NCBI GenBank assembly: GCA_963771465.1
Contig: CAVYTU010000014.1
Span: 416,001 to 480,000, forward strand
Reading direction: 5' to 3'
DNA: 64,000 nucleotides
DNA from: an uncultured delta proteobacterium
GTDB lineage: Bacteria > Desulfobacterota > Binatia > UBA9968
A program made the translations under genes and the position numbers. Under the pieces are notes generated by a model that searched no databases, was not told where the DNA came from, and saw only the letters and a list, made by a program, of their open reading frames with translations. This document shows positions 39,902 through 49,337 of this stretch, in pieces. Each line of letters begins with the position of its first letter. Position 1 is the stretch's first letter.

Positions 39902-39937
39902 CGTTTTGAACGATTGGAACGGCTTGAACGTTTTGAA
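39902..39937 (+). repeat. 9-mer array x4 (CGTTTTGAA CGATTGGAA CGGCTTGAA CGTTTTGAA)
   Basis: Intergenic between EamA and TfoX; same family as 4034 and 6719. Confidence 0.8.
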
Positions 39938-39946
39938 CAAACGGTT

Positions 39947-40807
39947 TTATCCGAGTGCCAACGCCACCACGCCCAGCACCATCGCGCCGGCCGCGCCCAA
40001 GCGGCGCGGCGCATCGCCCTCGGCGAGCAGCCGCGCGCCCATCGCCGTGCCGATGAGAATGCTGATCTCGCGCGCCGGGGCGACGTAGCTCACCGGAGTA
40101 AATTGCATCGCCGTGAGCACGAGAATGTAGGAAAGCGGAATTAGAATGGCGATGCTAATCGCTTCCCACTTATGCTCGCACCATTCGTTGACCGCATCGT
40201 CCGAGAATTTTAGCGCATAGGGCGTGAGCAAGAGCGACCGGCCGACGTTAGCGCCCCAGTCCAACACCATGGGCGCGATGGCAAAGCGGCTCACCGCCTG
40301 TTTATCCCACAAGGTGTAGGCGGCGATGCAAAGTCCGGTGATCAACGCATAACCGACCGCTGAGCGATTATCGTCCTGACTTAATTTCGCGAGATTGCCG
40401 GTCAGCACAAAAACTCCGCCAATGATCAGCAGCACACCCGCCATGGCGAGCAGTGACGGCCGCTCGCCGAGAACAATAATTGCCGCGATGGTCGCAAGCA
40501 GCGGCCCAGTGCCGCGTGCCAGGGGATAAACCAGCGACAGATCTCCGGCGCGATAACCTTGATTGAGCAGGACGAAATACGCCGTATGGAGCGCCGCGCT
40601 GCCGACTATCATGCCAACTTCGACGAAACCGATTTTCAATCGCCAGATTTCAATGATGGTAATCGTCGCCGGCGCGTAGAATACCGCCGAAAGCACCGCC
40701 ACTAGCCAGGTAAACGTCGGGTGACCGCTCGCTTGCTTGTTGAGCAAGTTCCAGGTGGCATGAATCACTGCCGCCGCAAGGACAAGGATCAATGCTCCGC
40801 TCGTCAT
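39947..40807 (-). CDS. EamA/DMT family transporter
   Basis: HATWN, GDLSLVYPLARG, YTLWDK, VAPAREISI. Confidence 0.88.
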   Translation of the reverse strand: MTSGALILVLAAAVIHATWNLLNKQASGHPTFTWLVAVLSAVFYAPATITIIEIWRLKIGFVEVGMIVGSAALHTAYFVLLNQGYRAGDLSLVYPLARGTGPLLATIAAIIVLGERPSLLAMAGVLLIIGGVFVLTGNLAKLSQDDNRSAVGYALITGLCIAAYTLWDKQAVSRFAIAPMVLDWGANVGRSLLLTPYALKFSDDAVNEWCEHKWEAISIAILIPLSYILVLTAMQFTPVSYVAPAREISILIGTAMGARLLAEGDAPRRLGAAGAMVLGVVALALG

Positions 40808-40828
40808 GGCAAAACCGCGCCCACCGTT

Positions 40829-41320
40829 TTAATCTTCCACCATGACGATCCGATCGCCGACCCGAATGATTCCGCCGACAAGAATTTCCGCGCGCAAACC
40901 GCCGCGGTGAATCAGACTGCGCATCGTGCCAGGCTGAGTGAGTTTATCCAAGTGTAGGCAGGGTTCGCACAGTCGCGTGCCGCGCAGGGTGACTGCACCA
41001 ACGCGGAACTCGCGCTCGACAAAATCATTGAGTGGGACACCGCGGGTGACGATATTGCGCCGTGCTGAGCCGGCTCCGAGCGCGATCGGGTATTCGCGCC
41101 GGAGCGCTTCGATGGCTTCGATTTCGATCAATGTCACGTGGCGGCCGTCGCCCGGATGGTTCGAATAGGTTCCGCAAAGATTGTAGTAGCGGTCGTTTTC
41201 GAGGCCGCGGCCGGCGATGGCATTGACGCTACCGAGCGATTGCATCGGCGCCGCGCCATTCGGCGCAATATGCAGCGACACGACCACACTTGGCGAAACC
41301 GTTGCAGTCATGCCGATCAA
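40829..41320 (-). CDS. MOSC domain protein (alternative ATG 41311)
   Basis: GRGLENDRY, RHVTLI, RRNIVTRG, CEPC, RGGLRAEI..GGIIRVGD. Confidence 0.88.
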   Translation of the reverse strand: MIGMTATVSPSVVVSLHIAPNGAAPMQSLGSVNAIAGRGLENDRYYNLCGTYSNHPGDGRHVTLIEIEAIEALRREYPIALGAGSARRNIVTRGVPLNDFVEREFRVGAVTLRGTRLCEPCLHLDKLTQPGTMRSLIHRGGLRAEILVGGIIRVGDRIVMVED

Positions 41321-42957
41321 GCGGCGATCTTGCCGCGCGCTTCCAACACCTTTTCGACCACCGCTTCGACGTTGGCCTCGTCGGTGAAGGGCGAAAGGAT
41401 GAACGATTTGAGCGCCAGCACGGGCTCGCCATAGCTCGTCTCGCGATAAGAATCGGTCAGCGAAATCACCACGCCGCGACCGGCCATCGCTTCCTTGTGC
41501 ACATAGTCATAAATCTTTCGGTTGTAGTCGTTGTGGTAGAGCAGCGTGGCGCGAAACGCGGCATCGCTCATCTCCTGATCCTTGATGGCAAAGGTATCGA
41601 CCCCGTCAGGATAAGCGCGGAACAAAGTGACCGTGCCGAAGTTATCGCGGTTGAGCACGCACGTCGACGCATGGCCTTCGAGATGTTCACGCAAAAGTTG
41701 CGTCATCTCGACGATGTGACCGATGGTGACACGCAAGCCTTCTTTGCCGAGCAGTTTGAGATTGGCCAGCGCCGCCAGCGCGCCCATACCGCCGCGCGAG
41801 GTTTCGAGCGTAAACATCCCCGGCCGGTGCTCGCCGAACTGATAGAGATACGGCATCTGTTCCTGGCTGCGGCTCAAGAGCGACAGATCGTCGCGTTCTT
41901 TGAATAGAACCAAACTTGAAATATAGGGCGTGAAACCGGTCTTGTGAAAATCGATGCCGATGGAGTCGGCCAGCGGCAGATGGCGAATGCGCTGCGCCGC
42001 GCCCGCCAGCGCGCGCACGGTGCGCGGGCGAAAACCGAGAGGATTGGTCTCAAAATCATAGTCGCTAAATACTTGCCAAGCCCAACCGATCACCGCATCG
42101 GCGTGAACGTGCGGACGATAAGGCAAATTGAATTCCTTGATCAGCTCGTCGCGCAAGTTAACGATCGCCTCGAGATCGTCGAGGCCGAACGCATCGGTGG
42201 TGCCGAGTGTCGCGACGATGGCGGCGATGGGCCAGCCGCTTTGCAGCGCAGTGCGCGCCTGGTCGCGCAGGACGTCGAGCTTCATCGTATTGCGTGCATC
42301 GGTGGGGATCGTGATCAGATTCTTCGCGCCCAGACCGAGCCAGCCGGCGACGTTGTACCGGCAGTAGTGGCTACAGTCGCTGGCAAAAACGATGGCGCCC
42401 GCGCCGACGCCGTTTTGCATCGCGCCGGGCACGGCTTTTTCCAAACCGACTTTGACGCCGTAGAGTGTTGTCCCTGTGCCGCCGAAGGTGAACACGCCGG
42501 AAGCGCGCGCCGGATCGTAACCCATGAGCGACGCCGACATCGCGACCGCCTCGACTTCGGCAAGCGCGACTTTGTGGCTATACTCGTCCCACGCCAGGTT
42601 CGGATTGTAGAGTCCGGTCAACACTGTCGCGATCAAGGATGATATCGACGGCGGCGGCACGACGTTGATCTGCGTGCGCGGATGGCCCCAGATCGTCAGC
42701 CCTTTGAAATAGTCGACCAGATTCGCCGTCACTTCTTCCACTGTCGACGAACCCTCCGGCAGCTTGGTCTGCTGTGCGGCGGCGTAATCCAGCGGTTCGC
42801 GCGGTCCGAGTACCGGCACTTCGCTCTTGAGACTATCGACCAAATCCAAAGCGCGCATAATGCTATGGACGAAGTAAGAATCATGCACCCGGTCCGACAC
42901 CGGCTGCGGAAAGGCCAAGCGAATCTTGTCCAACTTTTCGCGGTATGGCGTCGCCAT
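41317..42957 (-). CDS. group II PLP-dependent decarboxylase
   Basis: FTFGGT, SHY, ATLGTTDAFGLDD, HVHADA, DSIGIDFHK (PLP lysine). Confidence 0.88.
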   Translation of the reverse strand: MATPYREKLDKIRLAFPQPVSDRVHDSYFVHSIMRALDLVDSLKSEVPVLGPREPLDYAAAQQTKLPEGSSTVEEVTANLVDYFKGLTIWGHPRTQINVVPPPSISSLIATVLTGLYNPNLAWDEYSHKVALAEVEAVAMSASLMGYDPARASGVFTFGGTGTTLYGVKVGLEKAVPGAMQNGVGAGAIVFASDCSHYCRYNVAGWLGLGAKNLITIPTDARNTMKLDVLRDQARTALQSGWPIAAIVATLGTTDAFGLDDLEAIVNLRDELIKEFNLPYRPHVHADAVIGWAWQVFSDYDFETNPLGFRPRTVRALAGAAQRIRHLPLADSIGIDFHKTGFTPYISSLVLFKERDDLSLLSRSQEQMPYLYQFGEHRPGMFTLETSRGGMGALAALANLKLLGKEGLRVTIGHIVEMTQLLREHLEGHASTCVLNRDNFGTVTLFRAYPDGVDTFAIKDQEMSDAAFRATLLYHNDYNRKIYDYVHKEAMAGRGVVISLTDSYRETSYGEPVLALKSFILSPFTDEANVEAVVEKVLEARGKIAA

Positions 42958-42964
42958 GAATCCC

Positions 42965-43825
42965 TCAGCGGCGCTTCTTGCTCACCAGCGCATTGATCTC
43001 CGGCGTCTGCACGCCGTCCTTCAATAGGCTGCACGTGCCTTGCTCCAAAATCTCTTGGGCCAACTTTTTGGTTGCTGTGATCGCCGTTTTCATAAAGCCT
43101 GAACCGTAACTCACCCGCGCCACACCGAGATCTTGCAACTCGCTCACGTTCGGCGACTGTGGTCCGGCGAGAATGCTGATGGGCGCCTTTACTTCCTGGG
43201 CCACCGTGCCGATGATTTCCGCGGAATGGAGACTGAGATAGAAAATGCAGTCGCTGCCCGCTTCGGCGTAGGCGTTGCCGCGGCGAATCGCTTCATCGAG
43301 AGCTTTTTTGGGATCGGCCGTCATAACGTGAAACGAATCGACGCGCGCGTTGAGAAAAAATTCACTGCCGAGCTCGCGCTTGATGTCCATCACGGACTTG
43401 ATCTTGCGGAGCTGCTGAGAAAGCTCGACCAAGCCGCTGCCCCCTTTGGCGATGCTGTCTTCCAGATTCATCCCAGCCACGCCGGCGGCGACGAGCGATC
43501 GGACAGTTTCCTTCACGCCCTCTTCGTCGCCGTAACCTTTTTCGCCGTCGGCATTGACCGGCACCGACACCGCAGCGGCAAAGCTCGCCGTCAATTGAAT
43601 GAACAAATCGCGGCTCATCGCCTCGCCGTCGGGATAACCCAATGCGGCGGCGATGCCGCCGCTGGTGCATTGAATCGCCTGGAAGCCCAACTGCTGAAAC
43701 AGCAGCGCGCTCAAGACATCGTAGGCGCCGGGCATGACGAGTATCTCCGGCGCGCGGACGAGTTCTCTAAGTCGTTGGCTCTTGGCGTTAGCATCTCGCA
43801 GGACATCAGTGGCAATCGGTTCCAT
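42965..43825 (-). CDS. isocitrate lyase/PEP mutase superfamily protein
   Basis: MPGAYD.LSA, TSGGIAAALGYPDGE, ADGEKGYG, NLED, NARVD, AYAEAGSD; ATG 43825 follows SD GAGGGAG. Confidence 0.85.
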   Translation of the reverse strand: MEPIATDVLRDANAKSQRLRELVRAPEILVMPGAYDVLSALLFQQLGFQAIQCTSGGIAAALGYPDGEAMSRDLFIQLTASFAAAVSVPVNADGEKGYGDEEGVKETVRSLVAAGVAGMNLEDSIAKGGSGLVELSQQLRKIKSVMDIKRELGSEFFLNARVDSFHVMTADPKKALDEAIRRGNAYAEAGSDCIFYLSLHSAEIIGTVAQEVKAPISILAGPQSPNVSELQDLGVARVSYGSGFMKTAITATKKLAQEILEQGTCSLLKDGVQTPEINALVSKKRR

Positions 43826-43989
43826 CGCAGCTCCCTCGTGACTTTTCAGAATAGGTAAACGGAATGTACCGTAAAGGGGGAACTGAGGGAAAGACCCTTG
43901 CGGTGGGGCTAGATAACCATTCTCGGTGAGGCGAAACGGTGCACAGCCGCACAAAGAAGAGCGTTAAAACAAAATATTAGTCGGCCGAA

Positions 43990-45606
43990 CTAAATCGTCA
44001 AACCGGCGCTCTGCAACGCTTGCCACGTCAAGGCGATGCCGGCGAGCAAAATAAAAGCCGACGACGTGATCGGCAGCCAGCGGGTCGTCCACTGTCCCTC
44101 GGTCTGGAAGCGTGTCATGAATTGGCGCGCATAAACCATCAGCATGCCGATGGCGATGAGCACGGCGGCCAGGCCGATGCTGAAGGCGACGATCAAGAGC
44201 AAGCCGAAACCGACCCGCTGCATCGCCACCGCGCTCAACAGCACAACCAAAGCCGCCGGACAGGGAACGATGCCGCCGCTGATGCCCAGCGCAAGTAGCT
44301 GTTTGAGCGAGACCGCTTGATTCACTTCGTGATCGTGTTGCTCGTGGCTGTCGTGGTGATGATGATGCGCATGTTCGTGATGATGGTCGTGGCCATTTGC
44401 GCCATGATCGTGAGCGCCATGATGGTAATGATTTTGTCCGAACAACTCGTCTCTGCTCCGATAGCGGCGCACTAACAGGATCAGTCCGAGCAACGCTATC
44501 GTGACGCCGGAGATCGCGCCCAACCACGGATAGAGCCGTTCCGGGACGATATACTTCGACGCATAAAGAGTAATCGCGCCAAGCAAGTAGACTCCCGCGG
44601 TGTGCGACGCGGTGACAATCACTCCGAGCAGAAACGCATGTTTAAACGTTCCGCGCGAGCCGACCAGATAGGCAGCCACCAAAGTCTTTCCATGGCCAGG
44701 CTCCAAAGCATGAAAAGCGCCAAGCCCAACAGCAATCGCTAGCGCCGCGAGAATAACTCCCAACCCCAGATCTTTTCTCGCCATAATTTCCGTGAACGAA
44801 CTGCGTGGCGTTGCTTGGCTGTTTGATTTCAACTCCACGGTTCTGCGGGTTGTCAAATCTCGCCCAAGCGCAGGCGCGACTGTCGGTCGAACTTGCGAAA
44901 TTTCAGTGATTACCCGTTTCACCACAGGCTTCGCTGTTTTGACTCGTTCGAGGGGTTTTCCTGCGCTGAAATTGTCCACGCGTCCCGCCAGCGGCACTAC
45001 TACAAAACTCATCTGCGCTGCCAGTTGCTGCGGCGGGCTATTCAGCAAGTCGGTTGGATAGTCGCTCAGGCGCGCGCTTCGGTCGGTCTCAGGGACAGAG
45101 CTGCTGAGTAGCTTCACGCCGGGCGCCGCCACAGCGATCATTTCTTTCCAGCCGGCGCGGCCAGGGAAATTGCCGTCACGATAGCTGAGCGAATAATCAC
45201 CGCCGTTGTCGCCAGCTAGTTTCCCTCTGTAAATCACACCGATCTTCAGCGTCGGCAAGCCGCCGGCACCTTCGGGAAAGATAATTTCGTGGGACTCGAG
45301 CTGCAACGTGACCCGCCGGCCGTTGATCTCAAGCAATAACCCGCCGCTCAAACTTTCCGCTTTGCGCCTCGCGTAGGCTGTCGCACTCTCGTCGTCGGCC
45401 TTCGGCACTAAACCGGTTTCTTGCATCTCTTGAAAAGTCGGGATCTCAGCCATGTCGACGATGTAGCGGAGCTCGATTTCCTGCGCGCCGATTTGAATGG
45501 CGGAATATTGGCTGATGCTAAAATTGCCGAGCGGATGGGCCGCAATCTTGCTCGTGAAGCCGAGAATAAGAGCGGCGATGAAGGTGATAATCAATCGTGA
45601 GCGCAT
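43990..45606 (-). CDS. Ni/Co transporter (RcnA/NicO-like) fused to an N-terminal extracytoplasmic domain
   Basis: Signal peptide then HPLGNFS; HALEPGHGKT, HTAGV, His-rich loop, GGIVPCPAALVVLL. Confidence 0.85.
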   Translation of the reverse strand: MRSRLIITFIAALILGFTSKIAAHPLGNFSISQYSAIQIGAQEIELRYIVDMAEIPTFQEMQETGLVPKADDESATAYARRKAESLSGGLLLEINGRRVTLQLESHEIIFPEGAGGLPTLKIGVIYRGKLAGDNGGDYSLSYRDGNFPGRAGWKEMIAVAAPGVKLLSSSVPETDRSARLSDYPTDLLNSPPQQLAAQMSFVVVPLAGRVDNFSAGKPLERVKTAKPVVKRVITEISQVRPTVAPALGRDLTTRRTVELKSNSQATPRSSFTEIMARKDLGLGVILAALAIAVGLGAFHALEPGHGKTLVAAYLVGSRGTFKHAFLLGVIVTASHTAGVYLLGAITLYASKYIVPERLYPWLGAISGVTIALLGLILLVRRYRSRDELFGQNHYHHGAHDHGANGHDHHHEHAHHHHHDSHEQHDHEVNQAVSLKQLLALGISGGIVPCPAALVVLLSAVAMQRVGFGLLLIVAFSIGLAAVLIAIGMLMVYARQFMTRFQTEGQWTTRWLPITSSAFILLAGIALTWQALQSAGLTI

Positions 45607-45613
45607 AATCCTA

Positions 45614-46919
45614 TCACCCTTCTTGCGGTGGAATCGCAGCCACATCGGCTTCAGCTGCTTCTATTTCTTTGACAGTCTTGGCAGCGTGGTCGGCGAAGAG
45701 AATATGAAAGTGCGGGTTAGCTGTGAGCGCGCGCTTGAAAAATTCTTTGGCCTTCGCCAGACTCACCGATCCCGTGGTAGATCATCCCGGCATGGTAATA
45801 CAATTTAGCGTCTTGGGTTCCCAGCCGAAGCGCTTTTTCCATGGCGCGGCTAGCTTCATCATGCTTGCCGTTGCGATAGAGATTCCACGCTAGCACGTCG
45901 TAGGCGTAAATATCGCGCCGGTAATCTAACTCGCGCTGAGCTAACTCCAAACCTTCTTTCGCCTTGATGTTGTGGTCTGCGTAGAAATACGCGAGCTCGC
46001 GATTGTAGAGAGCTTGGTTGAGCCCGTTCAACTTACCGATGTATTCGACAAAATCGTACTGTTGTCGCGCTTGCTCCGGTTTACCGACCCTCTCGAAGAC
46101 TTCACCGAGCGCTGCGGCGTGCTCGGGCATCGGCAAGATCGCAATCGCTTTCTGATAAAACACAATCGCTTCGTCGAAATTTTTCTGCGCCGCGCGTAAT
46201 TGCGCCATCCCGGCCAGCGCACGGTAATAGTTCGGATAACTTTCCAGCGATCGGCGGAAGCTCGATTCCGCCGCCGGTAAGTTTCCATGCGCGAAATATT
46301 CCGCGCCCAGCTGCCATTCCGTCCACGCGATGCTTTCCGCCGGTACTTTCATCGCTTTGCCAATCGCAATTGCACGCTCCAAATCGGCGATGGCACCGTC
46401 AACGTCGCCGCGCGCACTCTTCAAGCCGGCGAGCCTGCCGTAGGAATACAAACTCTCGTCCAGCTCCATCATGTACGCGTACGCCGCCTGAGCCTCTGCA
46501 TACCGGCCCACCTCGAGCAGCGCGTCGCCGAGCACGCCGTAAGAGTCGCTGTCCTCAGCATTGATCTCTATCGCTTTGCGCGCCTGCACGGCCGCCGGTG
46601 CGAACTCATGGCGCGAGTAGAAGACGTAGGCGAGATGGCGCAGCGCGCCGCCATTCTGCGGCGCGATTTCCAGCGACTTCCTAAGCGCTTCCTCGGCGCG
46701 GTTAAAGTAACTTGGATCACCGCTCTCGCGCGCCTTGCGGATCAGCGCGTCGCCGAGTCCGAAATAAGCTTTGGCGCTTTGCGGATTGCGTCTGAGCAGT
46801 TGCTGGTAGTAACCGATCTGGTTGTCGGTGGCGCTGAGCTGCGCAAGGAGATTTGCTGCCGAGAACAGTACTGCGGCAATTATCAGGAGCAGAAGTTTGG
46901 CGGCTTTGAATGTTTTCAT
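45614..46919 (-). CDS. secreted tetratricopeptide repeat protein with an apparent +1 frameshift near the C-terminus
   Basis: Signal peptide and many TPRs; track ORF stops at 45717 but the shifted frame continues AKAKEFFKRALTANPHF...QEG-TGA (45614). Confidence 0.8.
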
Positions 46920-46942
46920 GGCGCATCCTCGCACAGCAATAA

Positions 46943-46972
46943 CGCCGGAGGGTGATAGCTCTCCCTCCGGCG
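46943..46972 (-). terminator. stem-loop between the DUF4331 and TPR genes
   Basis: CGCCGGAGGG-N10-CCCTCCGGCG, followed on the minus strand by TTATT. Confidence 0.65.
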
Positions 46973-46982
46973 CGGGTTGGGT

Positions 46983-48575
46983 TTACTGCTCCACGCAAGG
47001 AGCGCCGGTGTTCTGCACGCAGTCGATATGTCTGCGTCCACGCCCGTCATATGGCGTCGGCAGGTAGGGAAACTCTTTGGCGATGCCGTTTTGGGTCACG
47101 TCGAGACGGTTGTCCGGAATCGCACCGTAGCCGGGGCCATCGTTGGTGCCCGCGCCCGGCGCGCCGCCGAGAAAGTTCACACCGTCACCGACGAGACCGG
47201 CGATGTAGTTGGCGCCGCCAACCACACGCAGGGCGATATCGGTCACGTCGTCGTTAGGACGCCGGCCGTTAGGAAAACCCGCCGGGTCGCCGGCGAGAAA
47301 GCTCAGCCGTTTTTGCTGCTCGGGCTGTGTCGGTGCCGTTTTGACGTTCAAGCGCAGCAGCTCGGAGCAAGGGTTACCGCAGTTGTTGCCGTTGAGCGCT
47401 TGCCCTGGATATTTGAGGAACACGCTCATCAAATCGGTCCTCGGTGTCGGCGTCACCGGCACACCAAAGATCAGTTGTAGCGCCAGCGCGATGGACGGAT
47501 TTTTGTAGAACTCTTGGAACTGCGCTTCGTCTTCCGGTTCTTGCGCGTTCCACAAATCCTTCGACGAGGTGTCGATAATCAGCTCATTAACAAGCGGATT
47601 GGCCATGCGCGATACCTGCATCCACGGGCCCGACAATTTTGCAGTTCCATCGCCTACTAGGTGTTTGATTTTTTGTCTGGCAGTCGAACCATACATACCA
47701 ATTAGTGGGGTGTTGGTTTGCTCCGCCGATTTGCCGTCTTTGGTGATCCGGCTGATCGGCACCTCGATGGCGATGGTGTTCACGTTGGTGCCGCTGAAAC
47801 GATTGACGCCGAATGGATCCTTGGTGTCGTCAGCGTCTTCCGCTGCGGTCAGTAATGGCAGCGGCTTGCGGCGCAGGTTCGCGGTGTCGAACACCGCGCC
47901 GAGATCGATGTAGAAAGTCTCGGCCCGCTGGCCGGCGAAAACTTTGATGCCGGTCGATGGATCGGTGTACATACCCTGGGACGCGAGATCTTCGTATCTC
48001 GGCATCGTCGCCGGCCCGACGTTGGATGGCACGGCGATCAGCTTCTGACCTTTGAATAGTTCTGTCCGTTTGTTGCCGCGCACTTCGGTGACCGTGTAAG
48101 TCTGGCGGCGTGTCAAACCTTCCGAGCCCGCACCGTCGAGCCTGGTGATGCCCTGAACGGCGGCAACGGGAATATTTGGATTTCCAACATAAGCCAGGGG
48201 AAATTCCAGCTGACCCAAGATCGGCCGGTTCTCGGTCTTGAAGCGAAATTCGTAAACAATGTCTTCGGCCTTGCCGTCTTGATTGATATCGAGATTGACA
48301 GCGTAGAGAACTTCATCATCGAAATTGAAATAGTTCGGCCCGTCGGCGGGATCCTGACCAGGCAGTACGTTGACAATGAACACGCCCTTGCTCGGATCCT
48401 GCCAGCTGCGAAATGCATATGTGTCCGTGGTGTCCGCCGCCGGATCGAGGGCGATCAGCGGCGCCTCTCGATGACTCGCCGCGCGGGCGAGCGGCGTCAT
48501 CGTCGTCAGCGCCATCAGTCCGCTCAACGACATCGCCGTCGCTCGGCAGAATAAACTCTTTTTAAATGATTTCAT
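46983..48575 (-). CDS. secreted DUF4331 domain protein
   Basis: SHREAP.I..DP.AD.TD.YAF, GPNYFNF, VFAGQR..FY.DLG.VFD, QVSRMANPLVNE, GFPNGRR..DDV.D, FPYL.TP; SD AAGGAG. Confidence 0.85.
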   Translation of the reverse strand: MKSFKKSLFCRATAMSLSGLMALTTMTPLARAASHREAPLIALDPAADTTDTYAFRSWQDPSKGVFIVNVLPGQDPADGPNYFNFDDEVLYAVNLDINQDGKAEDIVYEFRFKTENRPILGQLEFPLAYVGNPNIPVAAVQGITRLDGAGSEGLTRRQTYTVTEVRGNKRTELFKGQKLIAVPSNVGPATMPRYEDLASQGMYTDPSTGIKVFAGQRAETFYIDLGAVFDTANLRRKPLPLLTAAEDADDTKDPFGVNRFSGTNVNTIAIEVPISRITKDGKSAEQTNTPLIGMYGSTARQKIKHLVGDGTAKLSGPWMQVSRMANPLVNELIIDTSSKDLWNAQEPEDEAQFQEFYKNPSIALALQLIFGVPVTPTPRTDLMSVFLKYPGQALNGNNCGNPCSELLRLNVKTAPTQPEQQKRLSFLAGDPAGFPNGRRPNDDVTDIALRVVGGANYIAGLVGDGVNFLGGAPGAGTNDGPGYGAIPDNRLDVTQNGIAKEFPYLPTPYDGRGRRHIDCVQNTGAPCVEQ

Positions 48576-48669
48576 TTTCCTAACTCCTTCTTGGTTTAAG
48601 GTTGATTGGATAAGAACTTGCGACTGTCGCTGTCAAACTCTACGAAAGATCGATGCCTTTCGGATTGTT

Positions 48670-49095
48670 CTAGGCGGCTTGGCGAAAAATATTTTTGCTG
48701 GATTGCCTGCATGAAGACTTCGCTTGCGCTAGTTGCTGTTCCCGCCAAGCAAGCAGACCCTTGCGCAGGTAGTTGGGCTCGATCCCGAGCACGCTGCAGC
48801 AGTTGTCGAAAGAAAACACCCAATCGCTGTCGTCGCTCAATATCCACGACTCGGCATTGGCGAAACGCCGCGCACCTTTTTTGTCGCGGGCAAAGATCAA
48901 ACGCTGGAAGTCGGCCACGGCTTCTTTCAGCACCGAAACCATCAACTGCTGTTCGGGTCCGAACATGCGCTTGCCGTAGACCCGCGCATACTCGGCGCTG
49001 ACAAGAATATCCGGCTCGATCGTGCCGACGAAGATTTCGTTGTTGGCGCGGTGGTCAGCTGTCGGTTTGGCAATTGCAATCTTTTTCGTCTTCAT
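48670..49095 (-). CDS. hypothetical protein
   Basis: 141 aa, SD GAGG; PEQQLMVSVL..A..D, AESWI...DWVFSF..CC.VLG. Confidence 0.7.
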   Translation of the reverse strand: MKTKKIAIAKPTADHRANNEIFVGTIEPDILVSAEYARVYGKRMFGPEQQLMVSVLKEAVADFQRLIFARDKKGARRFANAESWILSDDSDWVFSFDNCCSVLGIEPNYLRKGLLAWREQQLAQAKSSCRQSSKNIFRQAA

Positions 49096-49109
49096 GTTTC
49101 ATCCTCGGC

Positions 49110-49140
49110 AAAAAGCTAGGGCCGGTCGTTCCGGCCCTAG
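49110..49140 (-). terminator. intrinsic terminator in the operon leader
   Basis: CTAGGGCCGG-N5-CCGGCCCTAG (10-bp stem) followed by CTTTTT, 14 nt before the next ATG. Confidence 0.75.
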
Positions 49141-49153
49141 TGCTGATGGTTTG

Positions 49154-49213
49154 TCAAGTTTTTTCGCTTAGCGTTGCGCGTAGCGATCCGGGAACTGTTT
49201 GATTCGGTTTCAT
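49154..49213 (-). CDS. putative 19-aa leader peptide MKPNQTVPGSLRATLSEKT
   Basis: AAGGGAG 8 nt before the ATG; lies between the predicted ECF promoter and the terminator. Confidence 0.35.
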   Translation of the reverse strand: MKPNQTVPGSLRATLSEKT

Positions 49214-49266
49214 TGGCCCTGCTCCCTTGTCAGTGTTTGGCCGATTTTTTCGTCCATCTGTGATGC

Positions 49267-49295
49267 TCTACGGCTGGCGTGGAGAATTTGGTTTG
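49267..49295 (-). promoter_or_regulatory. ECF-type promoter toward the DUF4331 operon
   Basis: Minus strand CAAACC-N17-CGTAGA. Confidence 0.6.
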
Positions 49296-49337
49296 GTCAA
49301 AGGCAAAAAATTTTCCGTTGAAAAAATTTTTTGGGGT

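Noticed and set aside
4034-39937. TTGAAC repeats as a CRISPR array
   Set aside because: Units are 9 nt and contiguous with no unique spacers; no cas genes.
42965-43825. PEP mutase starting a phosphonate cluster
   Set aside because: Lacks the EDKxxxxxNS motif (has NLEDSIAKG), and the neighbouring decarboxylase is PLP-type, not the ThDP-dependent phosphonopyruvate decarboxylase.
44330-44432. CAT/CAC-rich DNA as a repeat element
   Set aside because: Explained by the His-rich loop of the Ni/Co transporter.
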